Below, piece by piece: positions 10,507 to 20,145 of a stretch of DNA of 64,000 nucleotides; within the stretch, counting starts at the first letter, position 1, and every line of letters begins with the position of its first letter. The notes below the pieces were generated by a model, which searched no databases, was not told the origin of the DNA, and saw only the letters and a list, made by a program, of their open reading frames with translations. The stretch spans positions 2,327 to 66,326 of the forward strand of contig JAAYHU010000029.1 in assembly GCA_012735245.1 (NCBI GenBank), read 5' to 3'. This DNA comes from Tissierellia bacterium. Lineage in GTDB: Bacteria; Bacillota; Clostridia; Tissierellales; Tissierellaceae. The translations under genes were made by a program, and so were the position numbers.

Positions 10507-12666
10507 ATGTTAGAGAAATTAGTATCTAAAATTGAACAATATAATCCCAGAGCAGATTTAGGTTTAATTATAGATGCATATCATTTTGCTGAATCAGCCC
10601 ATGAAGGCCAAAAGAGAAATTCTGGTGAAAAATATTTCGTACATCCAGTTAATGTAGCTATGATTTTGGCCGAGTTGAATATGGATACTGATACTATTGT
10701 TGCTGGTCTATTACATGATGTTTTGGAAGATACCAATATTACCTACGATGAAATTGTAGAAAAGTTTGGTTCCGAAATTGCAAATTTAGTAGAAGGGGTA
10801 ACTAAGCTTAAGAAATTGAAGTACAAGACTAAACAAGAAAATCAAGCAGAAAATCTCAGGAAAATGGTTTTAGCCATGGCAAATGATATTAGGGTAATTA
10901 TTGTAAAATTAGCTGATAGGCTACACAATATGAGAACCCTTGAATACATGAGTGATGAAAAGAGGAAGGAGAAGGCCTTAGAAACCCTGGAGATCTATGC
11001 TCCCTTAGCCCATAGATTAGGGATTTCAAAAATTAAATGGGAGTTAGAAGACTTGTCTTTAAGATACCTAGATCCAGTGAACTATTATGATTTAGTAGAT
11101 CGGGTATCTAAGAGAAGGCAAGAAAGGGAAGAATATATAAAGGAAATAATAAATACTTTAAGTAAGAAATTGGATGAAGTTAATATAAAGTATGATATAA
11201 GCGGCAGGCCTAAGAACTTCTATAGTATATATAAGAAAATGGTGCATCAAGGAAAATCCTTTGACCAAATATTTGATTTAACAGCCATCAGGGTAATAGT
11301 GGACAATGTAAAGGATTGTTATGAAGTCTTGGGCATAGTCCATAATCTTTGGAAACCTATACCAGGTAGGTTCAAAGATTATATTGCCATGCCTAAGCCC
11401 AATATGTATCAATCGATACACACTACTGTAATAGGACCCAAGGGGGAAATATTTGAGGTTCAAATCCGTACCTGGGACATGCACAGGACGGCTGAATATG
11501 GTATAGCTGCCCATTGGAAATACAAAGAAGGTAAGACTAAAACAGATAATTTTGATGAAAAGCTTACTTGGCTCAGACAATTATTGGAATGGCAATCAGA
11601 ATTAAATGATCCTAGGGATTTTATGGAGACTTTAAAAATCGACTTCTTCACAGACGAAGTCTTCGTATTTACACCAAAGGGAGATGTGATAAACCTTCCA
11701 GATGGATCTACCCCCATAGATTTTGCTTATAGGGTCCATACCGAAGTGGGAAATAAGTGTGTTGGCGCAAAGGTTGATGGAAGAATCGTGCCTCTAAACT
11801 ATAGGTTAAAAAATGGCAATATAGTAGAGATAATTACTTCTGCCAACAGTAATGGCCCAAGTAGAGACTGGTTAAAGATAGTAAAGAGCACCCAGGCTAA
11901 AACTAAGATTAGGCAATGGTTTAAAGTAAAAGAAAAGGATTTAAATATTGTTAAAGGTAAGGATTTACTGGAGAAGGAATTAAAAAGATTGGGCTACAAG
12001 CCTTCAGAAATCCTAAGGGAAGAATGGTTAAAGAATATTGCAGATAAATCAAATGTAAATACCATTGACGATTTGTATGCTGCTATTGGCTATGGAAGTA
12101 TAAATCTTAACCAGGTAATCAATAAATTAAGGGCTCAGTATAATGAGTTTTATGAAATTGAAGATGAAAAATCCATTGTAGAAACTAAAATCCAACAACT
12201 TCCCCATAGGAAGGCTAGATATCATCAAGGAGTTCGCATAAAGGGTATAGACAATGTAAAGATAAGATTTTCTAAATGCTGTAATCCGGTTCCTGGGGAT
12301 GAAATAGTAGGCTATATAACTAGAGGAAGGGGAGTATCGGTCCATAGGACTGATTGCCCAAACATAATTGTCTCAGATGATGCAGAGAGATTTATAGAAG
12401 TAGAATGGGACTTTGACAAGAAAGTATCATATCAGGCAGAAATACAAATAAAGGCAACCGATAGATCAGGCCTCTTGGCTGATATTACTCAAAAAATAAC
12501 AGATGCTAATTTGGCAGTAATATCATTAAATGCAAGAACTTCAAAAGATAAGGTTGTTTTCATCAACTTATTGCTTGAAATCAGGGATATAGAAGAACTG
12601 AGGGAAGTAATTAAGAAAATTAGAAAAATACGAAATGTAATGGATGTATATAGAGTAACAGCTTAA
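10507..12666 (+). CDS. relA: Bifunctional (p)ppGpp synthetase/hydrolase Rel (RelA/SpoT family)
   Basis: HD hydrolase domain (HPVNVA..LHDVLEDT), synthetase domain (DYIAMPKPNMYQSIHT), TGS and ACT regions. Confidence 0.95.
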   Translation: MLEKLVSKIEQYNPRADLGLIIDAYHFAESAHEGQKRNSGEKYFVHPVNVAMILAELNMDTDTIVAGLLHDVLEDTNITYDEIVEKFGSEIANLVEGVTKLKKLKYKTKQENQAENLRKMVLAMANDIRVIIVKLADRLHNMRTLEYMSDEKRKEKALETLEIYAPLAHRLGISKIKWELEDLSLRYLDPVNYYDLVDRVSKRRQEREEYIKEIINTLSKKLDEVNIKYDISGRPKNFYSIYKKMVHQGKSFDQIFDLTAIRVIVDNVKDCYEVLGIVHNLWKPIPGRFKDYIAMPKPNMYQSIHTTVIGPKGEIFEVQIRTWDMHRTAEYGIAAHWKYKEGKTKTDNFDEKLTWLRQLLEWQSELNDPRDFMETLKIDFFTDEVFVFTPKGDVINLPDGSTPIDFAYRVHTEVGNKCVGAKVDGRIVPLNYRLKNGNIVEIITSANSNGPSRDWLKIVKSTQAKTKIRQWFKVKEKDLNIVKGKDLLEKELKRLGYKPSEILREEWLKNIADKSNVNTIDDLYAAIGYGSINLNQVINKLRAQYNEFYEIEDEKSIVETKIQQLPHRKARYHQGVRIKGIDNVKIRFSKCCNPVPGDEIVGYITRGRGVSVHRTDCPNIIVSDDAERFIEVEWDFDKKVSYQAEIQIKATDRSGLLADITQKITDANLAVISLNARTSKDKVVFINLLLEIRDIEELREVIKKIRKIRNVMDVYRVTA

Positions 12667-12678
12667 GGAGTGAGAAAT

Positions 12679-13128
12679 TTGAGAGCAGTGGTACAAAGAG
12701 TTTCACAAGCTTCTGTGAAGGTAGATGAAAAGATCGTTGGGGAAATAAATAAGGGGTTACTAGTCTTACTAGGAGTAGGCAGGGAGGACACTGTAGCGGA
12801 TTTAGAGTATTTAGTCAATAAAATTGTTGGTCTTAGAATTTTCGAAGATGAAAATGATAAGATGAATCTATCATTGTTAGATATTAAAGGAGAACTATTA
12901 GTTGTTTCCCAATTTACCCTTTATGGGGATGTTAGAAAGGGAAAAAGACCAAGTTTTACGGACTCAGCTCCTCCAGAAGTTGCTGAGGAAATGTATCTTA
13001 AATTTATTGATAAATGTGCTGAAATGGGCATTAAGACAGAAAAGGGTATATTTGGAGCTAATATGAAAGTAAGCTTGATAAATGATGGCCCTGTAACCAT
13101 CCTATTAGATAGTAAAAAAACATTTTAG
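12679..13128 (+). CDS. dtd: D-aminoacyl-tRNA deacylase
   Basis: (M)[26 protein letters not shown] at 12679 lies 8 nt after AAGGAG. GTG at 12670 abuts the RBS. Confidence 0.9.
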   Translation: MRAVVQRVSQASVKVDEKIVGEINKGLLVLLGVGREDTVADLEYLVNKIVGLRIFEDENDKMNLSLLDIKGELLVVSQFTLYGDVRKGKRPSFTDSAPPEVAEEMYLKFIDKCAEMGIKTEKGIFGANMKVSLINDGPVTILLDSKKTF

Positions 13129-13130
13129 AG

Positions 13131-13772
13131 GTGATTAGTTTGAAATTAATTCGAGTTCAGGCAGGAGTTTATGCAGTAAATTGTTATATCATATATTGTG
13201 AAGATAAAAAAGAGGGCATAATAGTAGACCCAGGTGGAGACGCAGACAGCATATTGGAATTTGTAAGGGAAAAAGATTTAAAGATAAAGTATATAGTATT
13301 AACCCATGGCCATGGAGATCATATTGGTGGCCTGAAGGAATTAAAAGAAGCCTTAAATGCTAAAATTGCCATTCACGAAGATGATGTTGAGATGCTAAGG
13401 GATGGAGATAAAAATCTTTCATCTAAGATGCTAATGGGTAGAGTGGAAGTTGAACCTGATTTAATATTGAAAGAAGGAAGCATATTGGAGTTTGGAAATG
13501 AAAAAGCTGAAGTAATTCACACCCCTGGCCATACCCTGGGTGGTATCTGCTTAGTGATTCAGGATAATATAATTACTGGTGATACTTTGTTTGCAGGTTC
13601 AATAGGTAGAACTGATTTATACGGAGGAGATTTTGATACCCTTATGAAATCCATAAAGGAAAAGTTAATGAAATATCCAGATGCAACTAAGATATTTCCG
13701 GGACATGGTTCTCCTTCAACAATAGGCAGGGAAAAACAGAGTAATCCTTTTCTAAATAATATTCAATATTAA
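13131..13772 (+). CDS. MBL-fold metallo-hydrolase (glyoxalase II-like)
   Basis: THGHGDHIGG motif plus ..HTPGHT..GD..GR.D. The start may be TTG at 13140. Confidence 0.8.
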   Translation: MISLKLIRVQAGVYAVNCYIIYCEDKKEGIIVDPGGDADSILEFVREKDLKIKYIVLTHGHGDHIGGLKELKEALNAKIAIHEDDVEMLRDGDKNLSSKMLMGRVEVEPDLILKEGSILEFGNEKAEVIHTPGHTLGGICLVIQDNIITGDTLFAGSIGRTDLYGGDFDTLMKSIKEKLMKYPDATKIFPGHGSPSTIGREKQSNPFLNNIQY

Positions 13773-13781
13773 GGTGATTAA

Positions 13782-15260
13782 GTGATAAAGGTCAGGCTAA
13801 TAAACCATGAAATTAAAAACGATGTATTTGAATTAATTAGGGTTTTCTTTCCAATGGAAGAAATTGAATTTCAAGAAAATGATAATGACTCCATAGAAGA
13901 GAGTTTGTATATCATTAGTTCCTTGGAAAGGTCAAATGGCAAACTATATTCCAGCACTAAAGTATATAGGGATAATAGTCTTATTGACCAAAGTATTGAG
14001 GATATTAACTTAATAAATATTTATAGCGATTATATTGAAAAAGATATAAGAATTGGTATAAAAAAATCTTTATATAATGCCTTAATTAAATTAACAGAAA
14101 ATGAAATACCTTGGGGTATATTAACTGGCATAAGGCCAGTAAAAATAGTCCATGAACTGCTCAATAAAGGTATAGAAGATGGGGAAATAATTAAAGTCCT
14201 TACTGGGGAATATAAGCTTTCTGATTCTAAGGCTAAGCTTATACTGGATATTGGCAAAAGGCAAAGGGATTATATTTATCCAATAGACAAGAATAGATTT
14301 AGCCTCTATATCAGTATACCCTTTTGTCCTACTAGGTGTTTATATTGTTCCTTTCCTACTTTGCCCTTAGGAAGGTTTCAACACCATATTGAAGAATATG
14401 TAACTAAGCTTATATATGAAATTAAATCAATAAAGAAGATTACGGAAGGAATGAAGATAAACACAGCCTATATAGGAGGAGGTACACCAACCGCCATTCC
14501 AGCAAAAGAATTGGAAAAAATAATCCAGGAAGTCTATAATTGCTTTGGTAAGAGAAATATAAGAGAATTCACAGTAGAAGCTGGAAGGCCAGATACTATT
14601 ACTGAAGAATATCTAAAGGTCTTGTATAAAAACGATATTAACAGAATCAGTATCAATCCCCAAACAATGAATGATGATAGCTTAAAATTAATAGGTAGGA
14701 AGCATAGTCCAGATGATATAATAAAAACCTATTATATGGCTAAGGAAATTGGTTTTCCAATAATAAATATGGACTTAATCATAGGCCTCCCTGGTGAAGG
14801 CCTTAAGGAAATTAAAAATACCTTAAAAGAAATAGAAAAATTAGATCCTGAGAATTTGACTGTTCATACCCTTTCTGTAAAGAGGGGGTCCAGATTTTGG
14901 ACTACATTGGAAGAATATAACTTAGAAAATCAAAGCACCATTGGAGATATGTTAAAAGAAACAGTTGAATACTCAAAAAAAATGAATTTAATTCCATATT
15001 ATCTATATAGGCAGAAATTAATCCTTGGGAATTTTGAAAATATTGGATATGCTAAACCTAAAATGGAATGTATTTATAACATAGCTATCATGGAAGAAAA
15101 GGAAACAATTATAGGAGCTGGTATGGGGGCAGTTTCAAAGGTATTTTTTCCTGAGGAAAATAGAATAGAAAGGATTCCAAATTTTAGGGACATAAAAGAG
15201 TATATAGGAAGAATAGATGAACAAATCCATAATAAGGAAAAGATTATAAAGGATCTATAA
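13782..15260 (+). CDS. hemZ: Radical SAM coproporphyrinogen dehydrogenase-like protein (HemZ/HemN family)
   Basis: CPTRCLYCSF (CX3CX2C), ..GGGTPT.., HemN-like C-terminal region. Confidence 0.7.
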   Translation: MIKVRLINHEIKNDVFELIRVFFPMEEIEFQENDNDSIEESLYIISSLERSNGKLYSSTKVYRDNSLIDQSIEDINLINIYSDYIEKDIRIGIKKSLYNALIKLTENEIPWGILTGIRPVKIVHELLNKGIEDGEIIKVLTGEYKLSDSKAKLILDIGKRQRDYIYPIDKNRFSLYISIPFCPTRCLYCSFPTLPLGRFQHHIEEYVTKLIYEIKSIKKITEGMKINTAYIGGGTPTAIPAKELEKIIQEVYNCFGKRNIREFTVEAGRPDTITEEYLKVLYKNDINRISINPQTMNDDSLKLIGRKHSPDDIIKTYYMAKEIGFPIINMDLIIGLPGEGLKEIKNTLKEIEKLDPENLTVHTLSVKRGSRFWTTLEEYNLENQSTIGDMLKETVEYSKKMNLIPYYLYRQKLILGNFENIGYAKPKMECIYNIAIMEEKETIIGAGMGAVSKVFFPEENRIERIPNFRDIKEYIGRIDEQIHNKEKIIKDL

Positions 15261-15265
15261 TCCTC

Positions 15266-15294
15266 TTGACACTTTCTTAAGAGTATTCTATAAT
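15266..15294 (+). promoter_or_regulatory. Consensus sigma-A promoter driving the aspS T-box leader
   Basis: TTGACA at 15266-15271, 17-nt spacer, TATAAT at 15289-15294. Confidence 0.75.
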
Positions 15295-15311
15295 ATTTAA
15301 CAATATAATAG

Positions 15312-15530
15312 CATAAGATACTATGATGAAGAGGAGTAGTTAAATCCCTTAGTTATAGAGAGTCGGTGAGGGTGGAAAGCCGATACTAATATTTAACGAA
15401 GACACTTCGGAGTAGGTAATCGAAAGATTACCCGCAATTTGCGTTATTTAAATGAGTGAGGAATTACCTAATTAGGGTGGTACCGCGAGCTAACCTCTCG
15501 TCCCTGAATATCAGTGATGGGAGGTTTTAT
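15312..15530 (+). promoter_or_regulatory. T-box riboswitch leader, Asp specifier (GAC)
   Basis: GA motif (tgatgaagaggagta), AGAGAG box and distal loop (agagagtcggtgagggtggaaagccga). Specifier loop GAA-GAC-A at 15398-15404. T-box sequence aattagggtggtaccgcg at 15470-15487. Terminator helix plus T-run at about 15492-15530. Confidence 0.9.
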
Positions 15531-15566
15531 ATTTATAGAAGCTTATATTTCATAGGAGGTTGTATT

Positions 15567-17345
15567 ATGGGAGAAAAAATGGGTAATTTGAGAAGAACAA
15601 TCATGTGTGGAGAACTTAGACCTGAACATGTGGGAAAAGAAGTAGTACTCATGGGATGGGTACAAAGGGAAAGAAACTTGGGTTCTATAATTTTCGTTGA
15701 TTTAAGAGATACAACAGGAATTTGTCAAATTGTATTTGATAACACTGTTTCAGATGAAGTCTTTTCTAAGGCAGAAAAAGTACGCGCTGAATATGTATTG
15801 GCTGTCCGTGGAAAAGTAAGGATTAGACAATCCATTAATAAGGATATACCAACTGGAGAAGTGGAAGTATTGGCAGAAGAATTAAAAATCTTAGATGAGG
15901 CAGAAACTCCTCCAATCTACATTAAAGATGATGACAATGTATCAGAAAGTATGAGATTAAAATATAGATACTTAGATTTAAGAAAGCCATCCATGCAGGA
16001 AAGGCTAAAAATAAGAGCAAAGACAGCTAAGGTAGTAAGAGATTTCCTAACCGAAAATAACTTTATAGAGATAGAAACACCTATGCTGACTAAACCAACT
16101 CCTGAAGGTGCAAGGGACTATTTAGTACCTAGTAGGGTTAATCCAGGTGAATTCTATGCATTACCTCAATCTCCTCAAATCATGAAACAGCTTCTAATGG
16201 TTGCAGGAATGGATAGATATTACCAAATAGTTAAATGTTTTAGAGATGAGGATTTGAGGGCAAATAGGCAGCCAGAATTTACCCAAATTGACATTGAAAT
16301 GTCCTTTGTAGATATGGAAGATGTTATGGCTATTAACGAAAAGTTAATCCATAGAATATTTAAAGAAATAAAAGGTATTGAGATAGAACTGCCTATTAGC
16401 AGGATGACATATAGGGAAGCTATGGAAAGGTATGGAGTTGATAAGCCGGATTTAAGATTTGGTTTTGAATTAGTCAATATATCAGATATAGTTAAGAATA
16501 GTAATTTTAGAGTGTTTTCACAGGCAGTGGAAAGTAAAGGTTCAGTTAGGGGTATAAATATAAAAGGATATGGAGATAGATTTACTAGAAAGGATATTTC
16601 TTCCCTAGAGGAATATGCAAAAACTTACGGAGCCAAAGGCTTAGCATGGATAAAAATAACAGAGGAAGGAATAACTTCCCCCATAGCCAAATTTTTGAGT
16701 GATGAAGAATTAGAAAAAATCCTAGAAAGTATGGATGGAGAGAAAGGAGACTTGCTTCTTTTTGTTGCTGATAAAGATCCTATAGTTTTTGATAGCTTAG
16801 GCAATTTAAGAAATGAAGTAGCTAGAAGATTAGAAATCCTAGACCCTAATGAATATAAATTTGTATGGATTACAGAGTTTCCATTATTTGAATTTGATGA
16901 GGAAGAAAATAGGTTTGTTGCAAAACATCATCCATTTACCCACCCCATGGATGAAGATATAGATTTACTTGAAACCAATCCTGAAAAAGTAAGAGCAAAG
17001 GCTTATGATATCGTAATAAATGGAGAAGAAATGGGTGGGGGAAGCATTAGGATAAATAATTCAGAGCTACAAAAAAGAATGTTTAAGGCCTTAGGATTTA
17101 CTGAGGAAGAGGCTATGGAAAAGTTTGGATTTTTAATTGAAGCCTTCAAATATGGTACTCCACCACATGGAGGAATTGCCTATGGATTTGATAGATTAAT
17201 AATGCTATTAACCAATACATCTAATATTAGAGATGTTATAGCATTTCCTAAAACTCAATCTGCCACATGTTTAATGACCAATGCTCCTACTACTGTATCT
17301 AAGCAGCAATTAGAAGAAGTTCATATAAAACTTGATTTAAAATAA
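15567..17345 (+). CDS. aspS: Aspartate--tRNA ligase
   Basis: Class II motifs (FRDEDLRANRQPEFTQID, GGGSIR, GFDRL). ATG at 15567 follows AGGAGG. The ORF-track start at 15456 lies inside the T-box. Confidence 0.95.
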   Translation: MGEKMGNLRRTIMCGELRPEHVGKEVVLMGWVQRERNLGSIIFVDLRDTTGICQIVFDNTVSDEVFSKAEKVRAEYVLAVRGKVRIRQSINKDIPTGEVEVLAEELKILDEAETPPIYIKDDDNVSESMRLKYRYLDLRKPSMQERLKIRAKTAKVVRDFLTENNFIEIETPMLTKPTPEGARDYLVPSRVNPGEFYALPQSPQIMKQLLMVAGMDRYYQIVKCFRDEDLRANRQPEFTQIDIEMSFVDMEDVMAINEKLIHRIFKEIKGIEIELPISRMTYREAMERYGVDKPDLRFGFELVNISDIVKNSNFRVFSQAVESKGSVRGINIKGYGDRFTRKDISSLEEYAKTYGAKGLAWIKITEEGITSPIAKFLSDEELEKILESMDGEKGDLLLFVADKDPIVFDSLGNLRNEVARRLEILDPNEYKFVWITEFPLFEFDEEENRFVAKHHPFTHPMDEDIDLLETNPEKVRAKAYDIVINGEEMGGGSIRINNSELQKRMFKALGFTEEEAMEKFGFLIEAFKYGTPPHGGIAYGFDRLIMLLTNTSNIRDVIAFPKTQSATCLMTNAPTTVSKQQLEEVHIKLDLK

Positions 17346-17364
17346 TGTAACAGGAAGGGAAAAA

Positions 17365-18075
17365 ATGACTAATCCTTTTTTAAGGTCAGAATTACTCCTT
17401 GGGGAAGAAGCAATGAAAAGACTTGCAAATTCCAAGGTTGCAGTCTTTGGAATTGGAGGCGTAGGTTCCTTTGCAGTAGAAGCATTGGTTAGAACGGGAA
17501 TTGGTAACATTTTTCTTATTGATTATGATATAATAGATATAACAAATATAAATAGGCAAATTCATGCTACTATGAAAACTGTAGGCCTTCCAAAGGTAGA
17601 AGTGATGAAGGAGAGAGTTTTAGAAATAAATCCAAATATAAACGCATTTGCTTACAAAGAAAAATATAGCTCTGAAACTAAGGATATTCTCCTTTCTCAT
17701 GACTTTGACTATGTAATAGATGCCATAGATATGATATCTGCTAAGATAGATTTAATAGTTGAATGTAAAAAAAGAAATATCCCTATTATAAGCTCTATGG
17801 GAGCCGGGAACAAGCTTAATCCCACAATGTTTAAGGTTGGAGATATCTATTCTACTAGAGTATGTCCCTTAGCTAAGGTAATGAGATATGAATTAAGAAA
17901 AAGAAATATTAAGGATCTAAAGGTTGTGTGGTCAGAGGAAGTACCAAAACCTGTTAATCTTGAGAAAGAGGGTATAAGAAAGGCTGTACCCGGAAGTATA
18001 GGCTTTGTTCCTCCAGTTGTAGGCTTAATAATAGCCTCAGAAGTTATTAAAGATCTTGGATTACAGGAGGTGTGA
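17365..18075 (+). CDS. tcdA: tRNA threonylcarbamoyladenosine dehydratase (TcdA, ThiF/MoeB-fold)
   Basis: VAVFGIGGVGS Rossmann motif, ..DYDIIDITNINRQ... Sits after aspS as yrvM does in Bacillus. Confidence 0.8.
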   Translation: MTNPFLRSELLLGEEAMKRLANSKVAVFGIGGVGSFAVEALVRTGIGNIFLIDYDIIDITNINRQIHATMKTVGLPKVEVMKERVLEINPNINAFAYKEKYSSETKDILLSHDFDYVIDAIDMISAKIDLIVECKKRNIPIISSMGAGNKLNPTMFKVGDIYSTRVCPLAKVMRYELRKRNIKDLKVVWSEEVPKPVNLEKEGIRKAVPGSIGFVPPVVGLIIASEVIKDLGLQEV

Positions 18076-18076
18076 G

Positions 18077-18496
18077 ATGGAACAAGTAGGATTTGTTAGA
18101 AGTGTGAGAAAAAATAAGGTTGAAGTTGAAGTCAGAAGGATTTCAGGTTGCGGAGGGGGTTGCAAAACTTGTAGTGGTTGCGATACCCCTAGCCATATAG
18201 TTATAATTCCAAATACTCTAAATGCTAAGGTTGGAGACTTGGTGGAGCTTAAAGGTGAAACTAAAAATATATTAAAATATGCCATGATTGTCTATATGAT
18301 TCCATTTTCTCTGTTGATTTTTGGAATTTTACTAGGAATGAATTTTTTAAAAAATCAAGGTATAAATAACTATGAACCTTTTAGCTTCCTAATAGGCATA
18401 ATATTCATGGCAATAGGTTATCTTCTTGTTAAAATTATAGATAAAAAAATAGAGAAGAAAGAAGATAATATTATAAAGATGACAAAAATTCTTTAA
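18077..18496 (+). CDS. RseC/MucC-family (SoxR-reducing system-like) membrane protein
   Basis: N-terminal Cys cluster GCGGGCKTCSGC followed by two TM helices. ATG at 18077 after AGGAGG. Confidence 0.65.
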   Translation: MEQVGFVRSVRKNKVEVEVRRISGCGGGCKTCSGCDTPSHIVIIPNTLNAKVGDLVELKGETKNILKYAMIVYMIPFSLLIFGILLGMNFLKNQGINNYEPFSFLIGIIFMAIGYLLVKIIDKKIEKKEDNIIKMTKIL

Positions 18497-18503
18497 ATAA
18501 GGG

Positions 18504-18773
18504 GTGGAAGTATTGATAGATAGACAGGCAGTTATAAAAAGATTGCGAAGAGTAGAAGGACAAATAAAAGGAATACAAAAGATGGTAGAAGAAGAAAAAT
18601 TTTGCGGAGATATCCTGATTCAAGTAGCAGCTGCCAGGGCCGCACTAAACAGCGTAGGAGGATTAATATTAGAAAACTATATGAAGAATTGTATTCACGA
18701 ATATTTAGAGGGTCAATCTGAAGAAGAAGCACTAAATCAGTTAGTGGAAACCATGATTAAATATACAAAATAG
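18504..18773 (+). CDS. CsoR/RcnR/FrmR-family (DUF156) metal- or thiol-sensing repressor
   Basis: ..RLRRVEGQIKGIQKMVEEEKFCGDILIQVAAARAAL..ENYMKNC... The start may be TTG at 18513 (8 nt after AAGGGG). Confidence 0.75.
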   Translation: MEVLIDRQAVIKRLRRVEGQIKGIQKMVEEEKFCGDILIQVAAARAALNSVGGLILENYMKNCIHEYLEGQSEEEALNQLVETMIKYTK

Positions 18774-18775
18774 TA

Positions 18776-19219
18776 TTAATCTTTTTGTCTCACTCGCTTT
18801 ATAGATTTGGAGAAAATTGAAGATATAATTATTCCTGTAGATATAGCTGCTGCTATAAAAAGGGTCTCTACACCTTTGGCGGCAGCTGAAGAAAAATCAT
18901 TTTCGATCAAATGTAGCATTGTATAATATGCGCCAGCCCCTGGTACCAAAGGGATTATACCTGCGGTAATATATAGGGTTGCTGGTTTTTTATTTTTTCT
19001 AGCTAGGGCTTCACCTAATAACCCAACAGTCAAAGCGCCTAAAAATGTGGCAGCAACATAGTTATTCGTTGCCATAAAAGTAATATAGTAAAGCATCCAT
19101 CCAATAGCTCCCACAAGTCCTGCATAAATAACAGAATTCTTAGGGGAATTAAATAGTACTGCAAATCCTATGGTAGACATAAAGGAAAAGATAAATTGTT
19201 TAAAAATCTCCATTTGCAA
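18776..19219 (-). CDS. Threonine/serine exporter family protein, small subunit (DUF3815/ThrE_2)
   Basis: 147-aa polytopic membrane protein immediately downstream of the DUF1212 partner. Confidence 0.7.
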   Translation of the reverse strand: MQMEIFKQFIFSFMSTIGFAVLFNSPKNSVIYAGLVGAIGWMLYYITFMATNNYVAATFLGALTVGLLGEALARKNKKPATLYITAGIIPLVPGAGAYYTMLHLIENDFSSAAAKGVETLFIAAAISTGIIISSIFSKSIKRVRQKD

Positions 19220-19224
19220 ACCTC

Positions 19225-19998
19225 CTATGAAAAGAAGAGTACAATACCTACACCAAAGGCAATGGCTAGAGCTGAAAAAATAGCTTCCATTCCCCTAGAT
19301 AACCCAGATAGAAAATCTCCCGACATGGTATCCCTTATTGCATTAGTTATGGCCACTCCAGGAACTAAGGGCATAATGGAACCAATTATTACCTTATCAA
19401 GACTGTCACCTAAACCTAATTTAATGAGAAAGTATGATAAGATACTAATGAACACAGAACCTATGAATTTGTCAAGAAAAAAAGTAAGTTTTAATTTAGA
19501 AATAGAGTTGAGTAAAAATGAAACTATGAAACTAACTATAAAGGCACCTAAAAAGTCTAGAATTGTACCCTGAAATAACAAGCAGAAGAAGCCAGAAGCT
19601 ATGGCTCCAAACAAGGATTTAATAATATTGGAATAAATACTAATTTTATTTATCCTTTTTATCTCCTTAATTCCATCTTCAATGGACATATGAGTACTAA
19701 CAAAGGTACGGGAAAATTCATTGACTAAGGAAATCTTGTTTAAATCTATGGAAATTGTTTTTACCCTTTTTATGTAGGAAATTAATTCTCCTTTAAATTC
19801 CAAGGATATAAAGATACCTGTAGGTATTACAAAGGCATCTACATGTTGAATATCCTTTCTAGATTGACAAATTCTAATAACTGTATCTTCAACCCTGTAA
19901 GTTTCAGCACCAGATTTAAGCATCAAACGACCTGCTAGTGTGGCTAGGACCAATAATTTCTTAACTTCTTCCCTTTCATCATATTTAAGATTTGTCAT
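19225..19998 (-). CDS. Threonine/serine exporter family protein, large subunit (DUF1212/ThrE)
   Basis: ..LATLAGRLMLKSGAETYRVEDTV.. N-terminal signature, then TM helices. Confidence 0.7.
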   Translation of the reverse strand: MTNLKYDEREEVKKLLVLATLAGRLMLKSGAETYRVEDTVIRICQSRKDIQHVDAFVIPTGIFISLEFKGELISYIKRVKTISIDLNKISLVNEFSRTFVSTHMSIEDGIKEIKRINKISIYSNIIKSLFGAIASGFFCLLFQGTILDFLGAFIVSFIVSFLLNSISKLKLTFFLDKFIGSVFISILSYFLIKLGLGDSLDKVIIGSIMPLVPGVAITNAIRDTMSGDFLSGLSRGMEAIFSALAIAFGVGIVLFFS

Positions 19999-20145
19999 AA
20001 TTTACATCCCTCTAATAATATTCTTGTAAAATGGATAAAATACCTATATAATGTTAATGTATAAACTTAAAAGTACTTTATAACATTATATTATGATTAT
20101 GCATCTTTATTCAAGTACTTAATACGAAGAAAAGGGGAGATTAAA

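Noticed and set aside
15456-15566. N-terminal 37-codon extension of aspS in the ORF track (start at 15456).
   Set aside because: That stretch is the T-box sequence and terminator of the leader RNA. A proper AGGAGG RBS precedes the ATG at 15567, and the AspRS homology begins there.
17346-17364. Looked for a 6S RNA gene between aspS and tcdA, where I recall B. subtilis bsrA lying.
   Set aside because: The intergenic gap is only 19 nt, so there is no room for an RNA of about 190 nt.
20000-20145. Checked the glyA and thrE-family upstream regions for ZTP, glycine or other riboswitches.
   Set aside because: The region is AT-rich with no conserved GC-rich aptamer cores. Only ordinary promoter-like sequence is present.
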